A stretch of 64,000 nt of DNA from an uncultured Verrucomicrobiae bacterium (GCA_963831805.1 CAWHRN010000010.1:1107-65106); one strand, 5' to 3'. Shown: positions 29,480 to 41,026, counted from the first letter of the stretch. The notes: generated by a model not told the origin, from the letters alone. A program made the numbers and translations.

Positions 29480-30340
29480 ATGGAAGAGCAACCTGTGAAA
29501 CTGATCGAATGCCCGCGTGACGCCTGGCAGGGTTTGCCGCGGCCGATTCCGACCGACCGCAAAGCGGAATACCTGCGTGCGCTCATCGCCGCCGGTTTCC
29601 GTCATCTCGACGCGGTCAGCTTCGTTTCGCCGAAAGCCGTCCCGCAGCTGGCGGACAGCGAAGCCGTCCTCGAGCAATTGGTTCTGCCTAACGACCTCGA
29701 GATCATCGGCATCGTCGTGAATGAAAAAGGCGCCGAGCGCGCCATCGCCACCGGCAAAGTGCAGACGCTCGGTTATCCCTACTCGATCTCGCCGACCTTC
29801 CTCCGGCGGAATCAAAACCAATCGCCGGAAGAAAGCCTCGCCACTCTCGGCCGGATCGCGGCGAACACGCATGCGCATGGGCTCAACCTGGTCGCCTACC
29901 TCTCGATGGCCTTTGGCAATCCTTACGACGATCCCTGGAGCAAAGGGCGGCTGAACGCCGCGATTACCTCGATCACCATGCTCGGCGTAGGCGCGCTCTC
30001 GCTCGCCGATACCGTCGGCGTCGCGACGCCGGAGCTCATCCGCGAAGTCGTTGCGGCGGCGGTCTCCGCGCAGCCTGGGTGCGAGATCGGCGTCCACCTG
30101 CACAGCACGCGCGCCGGAGCCCCGGAAAAGATCCTCGCCGCCTACGACGCTGGCTGCCGCCGTTTCGATGCCGCCCTCGGTGGCCTCGGCGGCTGCCCCT
30201 TCGCGCAGGATGATCTCGTGGGAAACATCCCGACCGAGGAAGTCATCCGCGCTCTGGCGAAGCGAGGCACGACTTTTGAAATCGATCTGACAGCCGTCGC
30301 GGCGTTGAACGAAGCCATCAGCCACGAGTTCGCGAGCTGA
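29480..30340 (+). CDS. Hydroxymethylglutaryl-CoA lyase
   Basis: [50 protein letters not shown] (HMGL-like family signatures). Confidence 0.85.
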   Translation: MEEQPVKLIECPRDAWQGLPRPIPTDRKAEYLRALIAAGFRHLDAVSFVSPKAVPQLADSEAVLEQLVLPNDLEIIGIVVNEKGAERAIATGKVQTLGYPYSISPTFLRRNQNQSPEESLATLGRIAANTHAHGLNLVAYLSMAFGNPYDDPWSKGRLNAAITSITMLGVGALSLADTVGVATPELIREVVAAAVSAQPGCEIGVHLHSTRAGAPEKILAAYDAGCRRFDAALGGLGGCPFAQDDLVGNIPTEEVIRALAKRGTTFEIDLTAVAALNEAISHEFAS

Positions 30341-30430
30341 CCCGCAGCTAAGCCTTTAGCGGTCGGCGCTGATCCAGCGCGCTACAGTTCGCCAGGCGCC
30401 GGTTGGTGCACCACGTCTTACCTAACGAGT

Positions 30431-32065
30431 CTAGGTCTGCACCACACCCATGTGGAAGCGGGCCTGCGGCATCGGGCGGCTGACGTAGCCTAACAATTCC
30501 ACCAGCACTTTGCGGGTGTCTTCCGGCTGGATGACGGCGTCAACCCAGCCGCGGGCGGCGCCGTAGCGGATGTCGGTTTGTTCTTCGTAGGTCTCTTTTA
30601 CTTTGGCGCGGAGTTGCTCGAGTTCTTCGGCGCTGGCTTTCTTGTCGCCGCGCTCGCGCGATTTCGCGAGGACGCTGAAGACGGTGTCACTGGCCTGCGC
30701 CGCGCCCATCACGGCGTAGCGCGCGTTGGGCCAGGCGAGGATGAAGCGCGGGTCATAGGCCTTGCCGCAAAGGGCGTAGTTGCCCGCGCCGAAGGAACCG
30801 CCGACGACGACGGTGATCTTCGGCACGATCGAGTTGCTGACCGCGTTGACCAGTTTCGCGCCGCTGCGGATGATCCCGCTCTGTTCCGCGTCGCGGCCGA
30901 CCATGAAGCCGGTCACGTCCTGGAAGAAAATGATCGGCAGCCCGGTCTGGTTGCAATCCATGACGAAGCGCGCGGCTTTGTCGGCGCTGTCGGCATAGAT
31001 GACTCCGCCCATCTGGATCCCCACCTTTTTCGTGCGGACCTGATGGCGCTGATTCGCGACGATCCCGACGGAATGACCGCCGATCCGCGCATAGGCGGTG
31101 ACGAGCGTTTTGCCGTAGTCGGCTTTGTATTCGTCGAGTGAACCGGCATCGATAATCGAGGCGAGCAAGTCTCGCGCGTCGTACTGTTTTTGGCCCTCGA
31201 GACTGATCAGGTCGTAGACGGCTTCCGGCTTTTTCTCCGGCGCGGTGACCTTCGTTTTCGCGCCGCTTTTCTTGGCCGCTTCCGCTTCCGGCAAATGACC
31301 GACTAACGAACGCAACCTTTTCAGGCATGACTCGTCGTCCTTCTCGTAAAAGTCGACGGTGCCGCTGATCTCGGCGTGCATGTGCGCCCCGCCAAGCTCT
31401 TCGTTATCGACGATCTGGCCGATGGCTGCTTTGACTAACGACGGGCCGGCGAGGTAAAGCCCGCTGCCTTCGGTCATGAGGATCTTGTCGCAGAGCACCG
31501 GCAGATAAGCGCCGCCGGCGACGCAGTTGCCCATGATCGCGGCGAACTGCGGGATGCCCGCGGCGGAGATGACGGCGTTGTTGCGGAAGATCCGGCCGAA
31601 GTCGTCTTCATCGGGGAAAATCTCGTCCTGCATCGGCAGGAAAACGCCGGACGAATCGACGAGGTAAATCAGCGGGAGCGCGTTCTCGAAAGCGATGCGC
31701 TGGGCGCGGATGATTTTCTTCGCGGTCTGGGGAAAAAACGCGCCGGCTTTCACCGTCGCGTCGTTGGCGACGATCATGCAGGGAATGCCGGCGACCTGCC
31801 CGATGCCGGCGACGGCGCCGGCGGCGGGGACGCTGCCCCATTGCTCGTACATTTTGTAGGCGGCCCAGAGCCCGATCTCGAAGAAGTCCGACTTCGGATC
31901 GACCAGGTGTTCGATGCGTTCCCGAGCGGGCAGGCGGCCGCGCTTGCGCTGGCGTTCCTGGCCGACTTTGCCGCCGCCTTCGCGGAGGATTTCTTCCTCC
32001 TTCAGGATCGCCTCGCAGCGGGCTCGGAGTTCGTTAGGTAAAGTGCTGCCGGCGCGGGAAGTCAT
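30431..32065 (-). CDS. Acyl-CoA carboxylase carboxyltransferase (beta) subunit, methylcrotonyl-CoA carboxylase-like by context
   Basis: Intact 544 aa with a carboxyl-transferase two-domain layout (GGAYLPVLCDKILM, ITVVVGGSFGAGNYALCG). Adjacent to the hydratase and HMG-CoA lyase genes. Confidence 0.85.
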   Translation of the reverse strand: MTSRAGSTLPNELRARCEAILKEEEILREGGGKVGQERQRKRGRLPARERIEHLVDPKSDFFEIGLWAAYKMYEQWGSVPAAGAVAGIGQVAGIPCMIVANDATVKAGAFFPQTAKKIIRAQRIAFENALPLIYLVDSSGVFLPMQDEIFPDEDDFGRIFRNNAVISAAGIPQFAAIMGNCVAGGAYLPVLCDKILMTEGSGLYLAGPSLVKAAIGQIVDNEELGGAHMHAEISGTVDFYEKDDESCLKRLRSLVGHLPEAEAAKKSGAKTKVTAPEKKPEAVYDLISLEGQKQYDARDLLASIIDAGSLDEYKADYGKTLVTAYARIGGHSVGIVANQRHQVRTKKVGIQMGGVIYADSADKAARFVMDCNQTGLPIIFFQDVTGFMVGRDAEQSGIIRSGAKLVNAVSNSIVPKITVVVGGSFGAGNYALCGKAYDPRFILAWPNARYAVMGAAQASDTVFSVLAKSRERGDKKASAEELEQLRAKVKETYEEQTDIRYGAARGWVDAVIQPEDTRKVLVELLGYVSRPMPQARFHMGVVQT

Positions 32066-32130
32066 CGGCTGGACTTACTCCGGCGCGGCGAAACGATCAA
32101 GGCTCCGGCGGCGAAGCGCCACGGAACGGA

Positions 32131-32433
32131 CTAGTAAACGTCGACTTCGGAACGATAACCCGAGTCGCCGCGAATCGAGCTCAGGCGTCGCCGCATGGCG
32201 CGCTCCGACTCCGGGCGATTGATCCGTTCCATTGCCATTTTCACGACCCAAGGGATGACGGCGAGGGTGCCGACCGAGACGAGCGCGATCGCGGTCGCCT
32301 GGCGCGCGGGCCGATTAAAACGCTCGGCCATGAGCAAACCGACGCCGAGGCCAAAGGCCGTCCGCGTGAGCGTTAATAATCCGTCCAAGGGCAGGGCTTC
32401 TGCTGTTTTTGGAATGGATAACGAAATTGACAT
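32131..32433 (-). CDS. Small membrane protein, hypothetical
   Basis: 100-aa ORF with two hydrophobic segments. No motif. Confidence 0.35.
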   Translation of the reverse strand: MSISLSIPKTAEALPLDGLLTLTRTAFGLGVGLLMAERFNRPARQATAIALVSVGTLAVIPWVVKMAMERINRPESERAMRRRLSSIRGDSGYRSEVDVY

Positions 32434-32512
32434 CGCCTAACCTTATACCTCTCGACGCAAAAAAAAGATACGGGAATTCTCACTTCCGCACCGCGCTGCT
32501 GCCACGCTTTTC

Positions 32513-33586
32513 ATGACGAACCCGCCCTACGCGCTCATCTTGGCTGGCGGCAGCGGTGAGCGTTTCTGGCCGCTGAGCCGACGCTCGCGGCCGAAGCAAT
32601 TGCTCAAGCTCGTCTCGGAAAAAACGCTTCTCGAGGAAACAATCGAACGCCTCGAAGGCATGGTGCCGAACGAGCGGATCCTGATTCTCACCAACGTCGA
32701 CCAGGAGGCTGCGGTGCGCTCCTTGCTCCCGGATTTCCCGGCGGAAAATATCGTGGCCGAACCGGCGAAACGCGACACCGCCGCGGCGGTCGCGCTCGCG
32801 ACGGGTTGGGTGGCGAAGCGCGATCATCGCGCGACCATGCTGGTCCTGCCCGCGGATCACGTGATCAAGCAATGCGAGAAATTCCAGGAAACGCTCCGCA
32901 CGGCCGTCGCCGCGGCGGAAGAGACCAGCGCGATGGTGACGATCGGAGTTAAGCCGAGTTGGGCTTGTCCCGGATTTGGCTACATCGAGCAGGGTGGGCC
33001 CGCGATCTTGAAGAATCCCTCGGCGGCGAATCCCGTCCATCGCGTCATCCGTTTCCGCGAAAAACCGAACGCGGAATTGGCCGACCGGTTCGTCCGCGAC
33101 GAGAAGTTTCGCTGGAACACCGGAATGTTCGTCTGGCCGGTGCCGACCGTCCTGAGCGAGTTCAATCGGCACGCGCCGCAGCTCGCCGATTTCATCTCGC
33201 AACTGCGCGCACCGGATAACTGGGAGCGGACCTTGCGCGACCGCTTCAAAAGTCTGCCGCGGATTTCTTTCGACTACGCGATCATGGAAAAAGCGGATCG
33301 CGTGCTGATGGTGGAAGCGAGCTTCGATTGGGACGATGTCGGCGGCTGGCGCGCAGTCGCGTCCTATCTCACTCCGGATGGCGCAGGCAACTCCTGCCAC
33401 GGCGACCTCACGACTTTGAATGCGAGCAACAACATCATTTTCAACGATGGCCCGACCAAGATCGCGCTCGTCGGCGTGCACAACCTGATCGTCGTGCGCA
33501 CCGACGACGCGCTGCTCATCTGCCATCGACACGACGCGGAGAAGATCAAGAACCTGATCCCGGATTTGCCGCCGGAGCTGCAATGA
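32513..33586 (+). CDS. Mannose-1-phosphate guanylyltransferase (nucleotidyltransferase domain only)
   Basis: ALILAGGSGERFWPLSRRSRPKQLL N-terminal NTP-transferase motif. Intact 357 aa. Confidence 0.8.
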   Translation: MTNPPYALILAGGSGERFWPLSRRSRPKQLLKLVSEKTLLEETIERLEGMVPNERILILTNVDQEAAVRSLLPDFPAENIVAEPAKRDTAAAVALATGWVAKRDHRATMLVLPADHVIKQCEKFQETLRTAVAAAEETSAMVTIGVKPSWACPGFGYIEQGGPAILKNPSAANPVHRVIRFREKPNAELADRFVRDEKFRWNTGMFVWPVPTVLSEFNRHAPQLADFISQLRAPDNWERTLRDRFKSLPRISFDYAIMEKADRVLMVEASFDWDDVGGWRAVASYLTPDGAGNSCHGDLTTLNASNNIIFNDGPTKIALVGVHNLIVVRTDDALLICHRHDAEKIKNLIPDLPPELQ

Positions 33587-34032
33587 AACGAATCATGGGC
33601 GTCGACTACGGCAAAGCGCGCATCGGGATCGCGCTGTCCGACGAGCTGCAAATGCTCGCGCATCCCGCGGAGACAATCGCGGTCGCGAAAACGCCGAACC
33701 CATCCGCGCGCATCGCCGCGATCGTGCAGGAGAAAAACGTCGAGCGCATCGTAGTCGGTTTGCCGCGCCACATGAACGGAACGGAAGGCGCGTCGGCCGA
33801 AGAGGCGCGCGCTTTTGCGGAGAAGCTCAAGGCCGCGGTGGCTTGCGAAGTGCGCACCTGGGACGAGCGGCTCTCCACCGTTGCCGCGCACCGCGCGCTC
33901 CAGCAAGCCGGCAAGAAAACGCGCGAGACACGCGGCTACATTGATCAGGTCGCCGCGCAGATATTGCTGCAAGGTTACCTCGACAGCCTGCCGGGGAACC
34001 AGGGCGATACCGGGCTCGATCATTTTGCCTAA
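33583..34032 (+). CDS. ruvX: Holliday-junction resolvase-like / pre-16S rRNA nuclease YqgF (RuvX)
   Basis: MKRIMGVDYGKARIGIALSD ... VVGLPRHMNGTEG ... DERLSTVAA. Its ATGA overlaps the preceding gene. Confidence 0.85.
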   Translation: MKRIMGVDYGKARIGIALSDELQMLAHPAETIAVAKTPNPSARIAAIVQEKNVERIVVGLPRHMNGTEGASAEEARAFAEKLKAAVACEVRTWDERLSTVAAHRALQQAGKKTRETRGYIDQVAAQILLQGYLDSLPGNQGDTGLDHFA

Positions 34033-34087
34033 CGAACGCGGAACTCGCCGGGAGGCCGGACCGGCCCGCGCGCGTCGGCTCAAGCTG

Positions 34088-34831
34088 ATGATCGCCTACG
34101 ACGGAACCGGATTCAGCGGTTGGCAGAGCCAGGCCAAAGGCAACACGATTCAGGACCGGATCGAAAGCGCGTTCGCGGTTGTGACCGGGGAAAAGATCCG
34201 CGTGCACGGAGCCGGCCGGACCGACAGCGGCGTGCATGCGCTCGGGCAATGCGCGCATGCCGACGTGCCGCCGACGCGGCTGCCGCCGGCGATCTGGCAG
34301 GACGCGTTGAACGCGTCGCTCCCGCCGCAGATTCGCGTCGTCGGCTGCCGCTTCGTGCCGACCAGCTTTCATGCCCGCTTTTCGGCTCGAGGGAAAGTCT
34401 ACCGCTATCGCGTCGCCACCACGCCGATTCTCTCGCCGTTTGAAGTCGATCGGGCGTGGCATGTTTCGAGTCCGCTCGACGACGCGGCCCTGCGCGGCTG
34501 CGCGGCGCTCTTTATCGGGACCCACGATTTTGCCAGCTTCGCGGCGAATCGCGGGAAACCGCCGAATTCCACCGTCCGCACGATCCGCTCGGTGCGGGTG
34601 CGACGCACTGGTTCCGTCATGGAGTTCGAGTTCAACGGCGACGGCTTCCTCTACAAGATGGTGCGCCTGATCGTCGGCGCGATCATTCGCTGCGCGCTCG
34701 GCAAGGACGATCTCGCGCTCGTTAGGCAAAGACTCACGCAGCCGAATCAGACCGGCGCGCGCCTCGTCGCGCCAGCAGCCGGCCTGACCCTCGCCCGCGT
34801 CTCTTATCACACGCACCATGAGCCGCAATGA
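34088..34831 (+). CDS. truA: tRNA pseudouridine(38-40) synthase TruA
   Basis: IAYDGTGFSGWQSQ, GAGRTDSGVHALGQ, FLYKMVR. The start codon is uncertain and may lie upstream of 34088. Confidence 0.85.
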   Translation: MIAYDGTGFSGWQSQAKGNTIQDRIESAFAVVTGEKIRVHGAGRTDSGVHALGQCAHADVPPTRLPPAIWQDALNASLPPQIRVVGCRFVPTSFHARFSARGKVYRYRVATTPILSPFEVDRAWHVSSPLDDAALRGCAALFIGTHDFASFAANRGKPPNSTVRTIRSVRVRRTGSVMEFEFNGDGFLYKMVRLIVGAIIRCALGKDDLALVRQRLTQPNQTGARLVAPAAGLTLARVSYHTHHEPQ

Positions 34832-34907
34832 CGAAACTAAGTAGCCTCTGCCTCGGCTGGATTGGTGCGCCAGACCATTTGCAGCGACCCGCTGACCGGT
34901 TTCCGGC

Positions 34908-35501
34908 TTGCGAACCCGGCTCGCTCCCATAGCTTGTGCGGGCATGACCACCGCAGCGATTGAAACCCCGGCGCAAGCCGTGCCGGCCGCCTACGATTCC
35001 AAGATCGAGGGCAACGTCATCTTCACTCGGCTCGACGCGGCGATGAACTGGATGCGCAAGAATTCCCTCTGGCCCATGCCGATGGGTCTCGCCTGTTGCG
35101 CGATCGAGTTGATGGCGACCGCCTCCGCGCGCTTCGACATCGCGCGGTTCGGCGCGGAAGTGATGCGCTTCTCGCCGCGCCAATGCGACGTCATGATCGT
35201 CGCCGGCACCGTGACTTACAAAATGGCGCTCGCGGTGAAGCGGATCTACGAGCAAATGCCCGAGCCAAAATGGGTCATCGCAATGGGCGCGTGCGCCTCC
35301 AGCGGCGGGATGTATCGCTCCTATGCAGTCTTACAGGGAATCGACCAGCTTTTGCCGGTCGATGTCTATATCTCCGGTTGCCCGCCCCGCCCTGAGGCGC
35401 TGATCGAAGGCCTAATGAAGCTACAAGGGAAGATCACCGGGGAACGTTCCTTCACCTCGCAGAAAAGAGACTTGGCCGATCAGCTACAGTCGTTAGGTTA
35501 A
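34908..35501 (+). CDS. nuoB: NADH-quinone oxidoreductase subunit B
   Basis: [36 protein letters not shown] (N2 cluster cysteines). Confidence 0.9.
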   Translation: MRTRLAPIACAGMTTAAIETPAQAVPAAYDSKIEGNVIFTRLDAAMNWMRKNSLWPMPMGLACCAIELMATASARFDIARFGAEVMRFSPRQCDVMIVAGTVTYKMALAVKRIYEQMPEPKWVIAMGACASSGGMYRSYAVLQGIDQLLPVDVYISGCPPRPEALIEGLMKLQGKITGERSFTSQKRDLADQLQSLG

Positions 35502-35509
35502 CATCACTC

Positions 35510-35660
35510 GTCATTCTGAGCGCAGCGCAGCGAAGTCGAAGAATCCCGATGAATAATCTTAAAGCGCCGCTCCTAACTCACCACCTTTCTTCGAACCTTC
35601 CGGGTGACTCCACGCGATCCTTCGACGGCGTTCCGTTGCGCTGCACTTGCTCAGGATGAC
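35510..35660. repeat. MITE-like palindromic element (GTCATYCTGAGC...GCTCAGGATGAC family) between nuoB and nuoC
   Basis: Left arm GTCATTCTGAGCGCAGCGCAGCGAAGTCGAAGAATC. Right arm GATCCTTCGACGGCG...GCTGCACTTGCTCAGGATGAC. Confidence 0.7.
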
Positions 35661-35689
35661 GGTATACTTGGCCCACCCGTAACTTGCTC

Positions 35690-36269
35690 ATGACTGGCTC
35701 CGAACTCCTGACTTCCGTCTCCCAGCGCTTTGAAAAGAAGATCCTGGAGCAGACTGAATTTCGCGGTGAAACCACCTTCCGAATCGACCGCGCCGACTTG
35801 CGCGAGGTGGCGAAGTTCTGCCGGGAAGAGTTATCCTTCGATTACCTGCTCGATATCTCGAGCGTCGATAACTTCGGCGAAGAACCGCGCTTCGAGATCG
35901 TCTACGAGCTTTACTCGATGACTCTCGCTGTCCACCTGAGACTCAAGCTCCGCGTCTCGGAAGACGATCCCACCGCTCGACACCCTCTCCGACATCTGGC
36001 CGACCGCCAACTGGCATGAGCGCGAGATCTGGGACATGATGGGTCTGCGTTTCAACAATCACCCGGACCTGCGCCGCATCCTGATGTGGGAAGGCTATCC
36101 CTACTTCCCCTTGCGCAAGGAGTTTCCCCTCGAAGGCAAACCGAGCGACATGCCCGACGTCGCCTTTACCTCCGCCGCTCCGATGGAGGGCGGCCCCTTT
36201 GTCACTCAGCCGAGCACCGCCACGACCAAGGACCGCGAGCCTCGCGCCCGGCGCTCGCTCGACGAATAG
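35690..36269 (+). CDS. nuoC: NADH-quinone oxidoreductase subunit C, frameshift near 35975
   Basis: [27 protein letters not shown], then [30 protein letters not shown] in ORF 36036..36269. Confidence 0.8.
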
Positions 36270-36286
36270 CCGCGCTGGTCGCTGGT

Positions 36287-37108
36287 TCAGCAGAGAACGC
36301 TCTCCAGCAGACTTTCGCAACGTGCCCGCCGCCGCCTCGCCGGCTGCTCAGCACTTCCTGATGGTTGGAGCGCCTCTGGCTCAGGCCGGCCGCCCAGTTC
36401 GTTAGGCAGGAAAAGCCGGCGACCTCCATCCCCAAGGCGCGCGCCTGGATCGTCTCGCAAACGTCGACATCCCGACGGCGTCGGCGCCTGACTGTCGGAG
36501 CATCCTTACTTCGGCCGGCGTCTCGTATTGAGGTCCGCGCACGCCGGCGTAAATGCCTTCGTGCAAGGTGAGGTTTGTTCTCGCGCGCGGCGGTCGCGAA
36601 CGTTCTCGCCAAGGCGGCGAATAGGCGTCGGTCATGTCGACGAAACCATCTTCACCGGACAATGGCGTAGGTCCCAGTCAGGTTGAGATGATCGCTGATC
36701 ATCATCCAGGAACCGGGAGAAAAGTCCGGATTGACGGACCCGCGGCGTTGGTCAGGATCAAGCGTCCGATACCGGCACGCGCGAGAAAGCGAATCCCGGC
36801 CGTGATCTCACGTGCGCTGTAGCCCTCGTAAAGATGAACGCGTCCCTGCGCGAAGAGCACCCGCGCGTCACCAATCCCGCCGAGCACAAATCGTCCGACG
36901 TGGCCGTTCACGCTGGCGCGCGGAAGGTCGGTTATTTCCTGGTAGGAAATGTCCGGCTCAGCGATGGATTCTGGACTAACGAGTGTAGGCCGGAACCGAG
37001 CACGATCGCGACCTGGGCGCCGTAGTCCCGTACCCGCTCGACGCAAACGTCTCCACTCGTCAGGCCGCAGAGACCGGCGGCGCGGAAGCCGGCCGCTTCG
37101 TTCGCCAT
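36287..37108 (-). CDS. Purine nucleoside / methylthioadenosine phosphorylase (PNP family 2), several frameshifts. Ends approximate
   Basis: [29 protein letters not shown] (ORF 36702..), [28 protein letters not shown] (36402..), [17 protein letters not shown] (36202..). Confidence 0.65.
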
Positions 37109-37132
37109 GACGTCCCGGTCCGTTCGTTCTCT

Positions 37133-38704
37133 TCACGTGCGGCCGGTCGAGGTCTTGCCTTCCTTCGGATAGGCGATGCGGGTGTGCAGCATGTTCATGA
37201 GAGTGAAACGGAAGCGCTCCGCGATCGTTCGCAGCTCGCGCAGAGTCAGCTCGCATTCATCGAGTTGATGATCCGCAAGGCGCTGATCGATCAGGTCGTT
37301 GACTAATTGTTCGATCTTTTGCGGGGTCGGTTTCTCGAGACTGCGCGAGGCGCTTTCGACCATGTCGGCGAGACTGATGATCGCGCTCTCCTTGGTCTGC
37401 GGGTTCGGTCCGCTGTAGCGGAAACTCTCCTCCGAGACTTCGGGGATATCTTCCTCGCGCATCTTCATGATCTTGCCGCCAGCACGCGCATCTTCGTGTT
37501 GCTGGAGAGCGCGCTTGTAGAAGTAAAAGACTAACGACGTGCCGTGATGCTGTTGGATCACGTCGATGACCTGTTGGTTGAGCCCGTGCTTGAGCGCCAG
37601 GTCCACGCCTTCCTTGACGTGCGCGATGATGATGAGCGCGCTCATGGTTGGCGCGAGATCGTCGTGCGGGTTGCGCTCGAAGTTCATGTTCTCGGTGAAG
37701 TATTCAGGCTTCACCAGTTTGCCGACATCGTGAAAATAGGAGCAGACGCGGCAGAGCGTGGCATTGGCGCCGATCGCTTCGGCGGCGGACTCAGCCAGGT
37801 TCGCGACGACCAGGCTGTGATGATAAGTGCCCGGCGCCTCGATCGTCATCTGGCGCAGGAGCGGATGATTCAGATCCGAAGCTTCGAGCCAGGAGATATC
37901 GGTCGTGATCGCGAAGAGCTGTTCGAGGATGGGAAGCGCGCCGCCGACCACCATCGCGGTGACAATGCCGTTGCCGATCGCGAGCGCGCTTTGGACCCGA
38001 TCATGGTCCAATCGGTCGCGCCCGGATTAAAAAGGTTGATCGGACCGATGAGTCCGAAAGTGAGTGAGAGCAGCCAGATCGCGAGGCCGACACAAAGCCC
38101 GGCGCGAATTAGCCGGCTCCGCCGCCGCACCTGCAGCGTGAGATAGACCGCGGTGAAGCCGCTGATGAGTCCATTCACCAGCATCGGCGCATCGATCTTG
38201 CTGACGAGGATGCTGCCCCAAAGACTAACGAACACAGCTCCGTAGAGTCCGTGATTCCGCCCGAGCAGGACACAAAGGACGAGCGGCGCGAAGGCGTAGG
38301 GTGCGATCAGCCAGGCGGCTTCCGGCTTGAGAAAGACGAACAGCGCCGCTGTTGCAAAGGACGAGCAGGAGCTTGGTGATGCCGAGCTGGAAAAAGATGA
38401 TCCCGAAAACCAGGAAGAGCGCGCGAGTTACGCCGAAAAGTATTCGGTTGATTGATCCAGAGCTGCGCGACCGCGGTGACGAAAAAGAGCAGCGCGATGA
38501 CGAAGTTCTTCGTCGGCTCCGGCTGTTGTCCGCTGAAGATGAGGAGCGCGAGCCCGGCGATGAAGGCGACGAAAATGGCGACCTTCATCCAGAGCGCGTG
38601 CTCGAGGTTGCGGAGCATTTCGTTCGAGGCGCGGCGCCGCCGCTTCTTGCCCGAGGCGAGGCCTTGTCTTGACGAGGCTGGGTGCGGCGGAGGAATTCGA
38701 ACAT
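37133..38704 (-). CDS. pgpH: 7TM-receptor with HD-hydrolase domain (PgpH-type cyclic-di-AMP phosphodiesterase family), frameshifts in the membrane part
   Basis: GTYHHSLVVANLAE, YFHDVGKLVKPEYF, QQHHGTS, SLADMVESASRSL in ORF 37133..38011. The TM segments lie in ORFs 37870..38235 and 38307..38927. Confidence 0.75.
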
Positions 38705-38709
38705 GACGG

Positions 38710-39698
38710 TTACTTACGGCTCGCGCCGCCCGTGTTGGCCGGCGACCGATGCTGCTGGTAGGCGTTGATGATCGCGCGGACGAGTTCGTGCCTAACGACG
38801 TCGCGCGTCGTCGAAATAAACGAAGCCGATCCCGGGCACATTCTTCAAAGCCTGCAGAGCTTCGAGCAGGCCGGAGCGTTTGTTCGGCGGCAGATCGATC
38901 TGCGTGCCGTCGCCGGTGACGACGCATTTCGAGCGCGGTCCGATGCGCGTCAGGAGCATGAACATTTGCTCCGTAGTGGTGTTCTGGGCTTCGTCGAGAA
39001 TGACGAACGCGTTGCTCAAGGTCCGGCCGCGCATGTAGGCGAGCGGCGCGATCTCGATCGTCTCGCGCGCGACGAAACGCTCGAGCTCTTCCGGCTCGAG
39101 CATGTCGTGCAGCGCGTCGTAAAGCGGACGGAGATACGGCGTGATCTTTTGCTGCAGATCGCCCGGTAAAAAGCCGAGCGCTTCGCCCGCTTCGACCGCT
39201 GGTCGGGTGAGGATAATTCGATCGACCTGTTCCTTCTTCAACGCGGAAACCGCCATCGCGACCGCGAGATAAGTCTTGCCCGTCCCGGCCGGCCCGATCC
39301 CGAAAACAATGTCGTGTCTTCTGGATCGCCTCGAGATACTGCCGCTGGCCCGAGGCGTGCGCGCGACGATCGGCGGCTTGCGCGCCGAGGTGATGATCTT
39401 GGTCGCGACGAGGTCGCCGAGATTATCCTCGCGGGCTTCGTTCACGGAGTTAAGCGCGTAGTTGAATTCGTGCTTTTGGATATCGACCCCGCGCTGCCGG
39501 GCGTTTTCCAATTGCGTGAAAACGCGTTCGCCCTTCGCGACCTGTGCCGGTTCGCCTTCCAGTTTGATCCAGCCATCGCGGGTCGTGACTTTCACGCCTG
39601 AGCGACTCCTCGAGGTTCTTGAGCAGTTTGAGATCGTTCGCGTAGAGCGACTGCACGGCGCGCGCGTTCTCAAATTGAAGCGTGCGCGTTTCAGTCAT
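38710..39698 (-). CDS. phoH: PhoH-like ATPase, frameshifts near 38800 and 39470-39600
   Basis: GIGPAGTGKTYLAVAMAV (Walker A), IILTRPAVEAGE, FVILDEAQNTT, VVTGDGTQIDLP. The C-terminal DVVRHELVRAIINAY reads in another frame. Confidence 0.85.
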
Positions 39699-39772
39699 CT
39701 CGCCGCGGGGACATCAGCCGCAGAGGATAGGCTCCCGCGGAGAGTGGTGTCAAACTAAGCCTGACAATCGGC

Positions 39773-40226
39773 CTACTTAAATCCGTAGACCAGCGCCCAA
39801 TGGGTGCGCTCTTCGGGCGAACTCTCGACCGCGACGATGATGAAGTAGCTGCCGGTCGCTTTCGGAATGAGATGGGCGGCGGCGAAGTGGCCTTTCTGCC
39901 AGCTATCGGGTTGCTCGGCGAGCTTACCGTCGGCGTCGTAGATATGGACGGAGATTTTCGCCTGCTCCACTTCCGTGCCCATCCAGAACCAGTATTCGTT
40001 GCCCTTGAAAAGCTGTTGCCGGACGGCCTTTTTCTCGCCGACTCCGAGATCGCCGCCCCAATAATCTTCGCGCACCTGGAAGCCCTGCTTGACGTACGGC
40101 TCAGCCGATTCGCAGCGCGAAGGAATGCGCGTCGTCCACCGAGGCGCGCGAGGCCGCGACCTGCAGCGCGAGAACGGCGACGAAAAGTCCGGCAGCCCGG
40201 CGTGCGATGGAACGGGAGGCGCGCAT
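39773..40226 (-). CDS. Secreted hypothetical protein, apparent frameshift near 40100
   Basis: Signal-like MRASRSIARRAAGLFVAVLALQVAA in one frame joined to ORF 39773..40075. No motif. Confidence 0.4.
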
Positions 40227-40278
40227 CGGCTACGGATTGCGAGTCACGATGCCCTCATCGAGTCGGCTTGTGATCTGG

Positions 40279-41026
40279 TTAATCTTTTTCACCGACGCCG
40301 GCAGAGATCTGGCCTTCCACCTCGATCAATGGTTTCACTTCCACGAGAGAGCTTCGAATCTGACCGAGCAATGGGATGTTGAACTCCGGCATGTTCGCGA
40401 GTTTGCGCTGAAAATATTCCAGCAGGTCCGGCTGATGCAGCAACTCCGCGCCGTCGGTCGAGAAATGTCGGTCCACCACCGAGGTCAGCACCTGCGTGCC
40501 GCGGAGCCAGCCGCCGAGGCTGACGAGTTGTGAGAGCTTCTCGTCGTGCACTTCGTTCATCGCCTGTTGCACGCTGTTCTGGGTCCGGTCGAGCTCCTGG
40601 CGGACGCCGTTCCAATTGCGCCGGTCGGCTGCTTCGGTGATCGCTTTCGCATGCGGGACGATGGAATTACCGACGCCGATTCCCTTGGCCAGACTAACGA
40701 CTCGTTGCCCGATCTCCTTCACGCTCGGCGCGTCTTCGGCCTGCACCGCGATGAAGCCATCGGCAATGATCGTCGCCGAGAAGGAGCGCGATCCGCGGGC
40801 GTTCGGTGAAGTTGGTGCCTTTGTTCGTGCGCACGAATTCCTTCCAGTTCACGCTGTCGAGCTTGTTCAGCGCGCCGAAAATTTCGTTAGGCAACGGCAC
40901 CACCACGTCGTCCACCGTCTTGGAAAGCCGCTTCACATCGATGTGTCGCGGAGCCTCGGCAGCCTGCGCCGGCACCAAGCTGGCGACACAACTGCTCACT
41001 AAAATTAGACTAAAGAATGATCTCAT
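40279..41026 (-). CDS. Secreted hypothetical protein, apparent frameshift near 40720
   Basis: ORF 40694..41026 (signal MRSFFSLILVSSCVASLVPAQA) continues in ORF 40279..40746. Confidence 0.4.
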
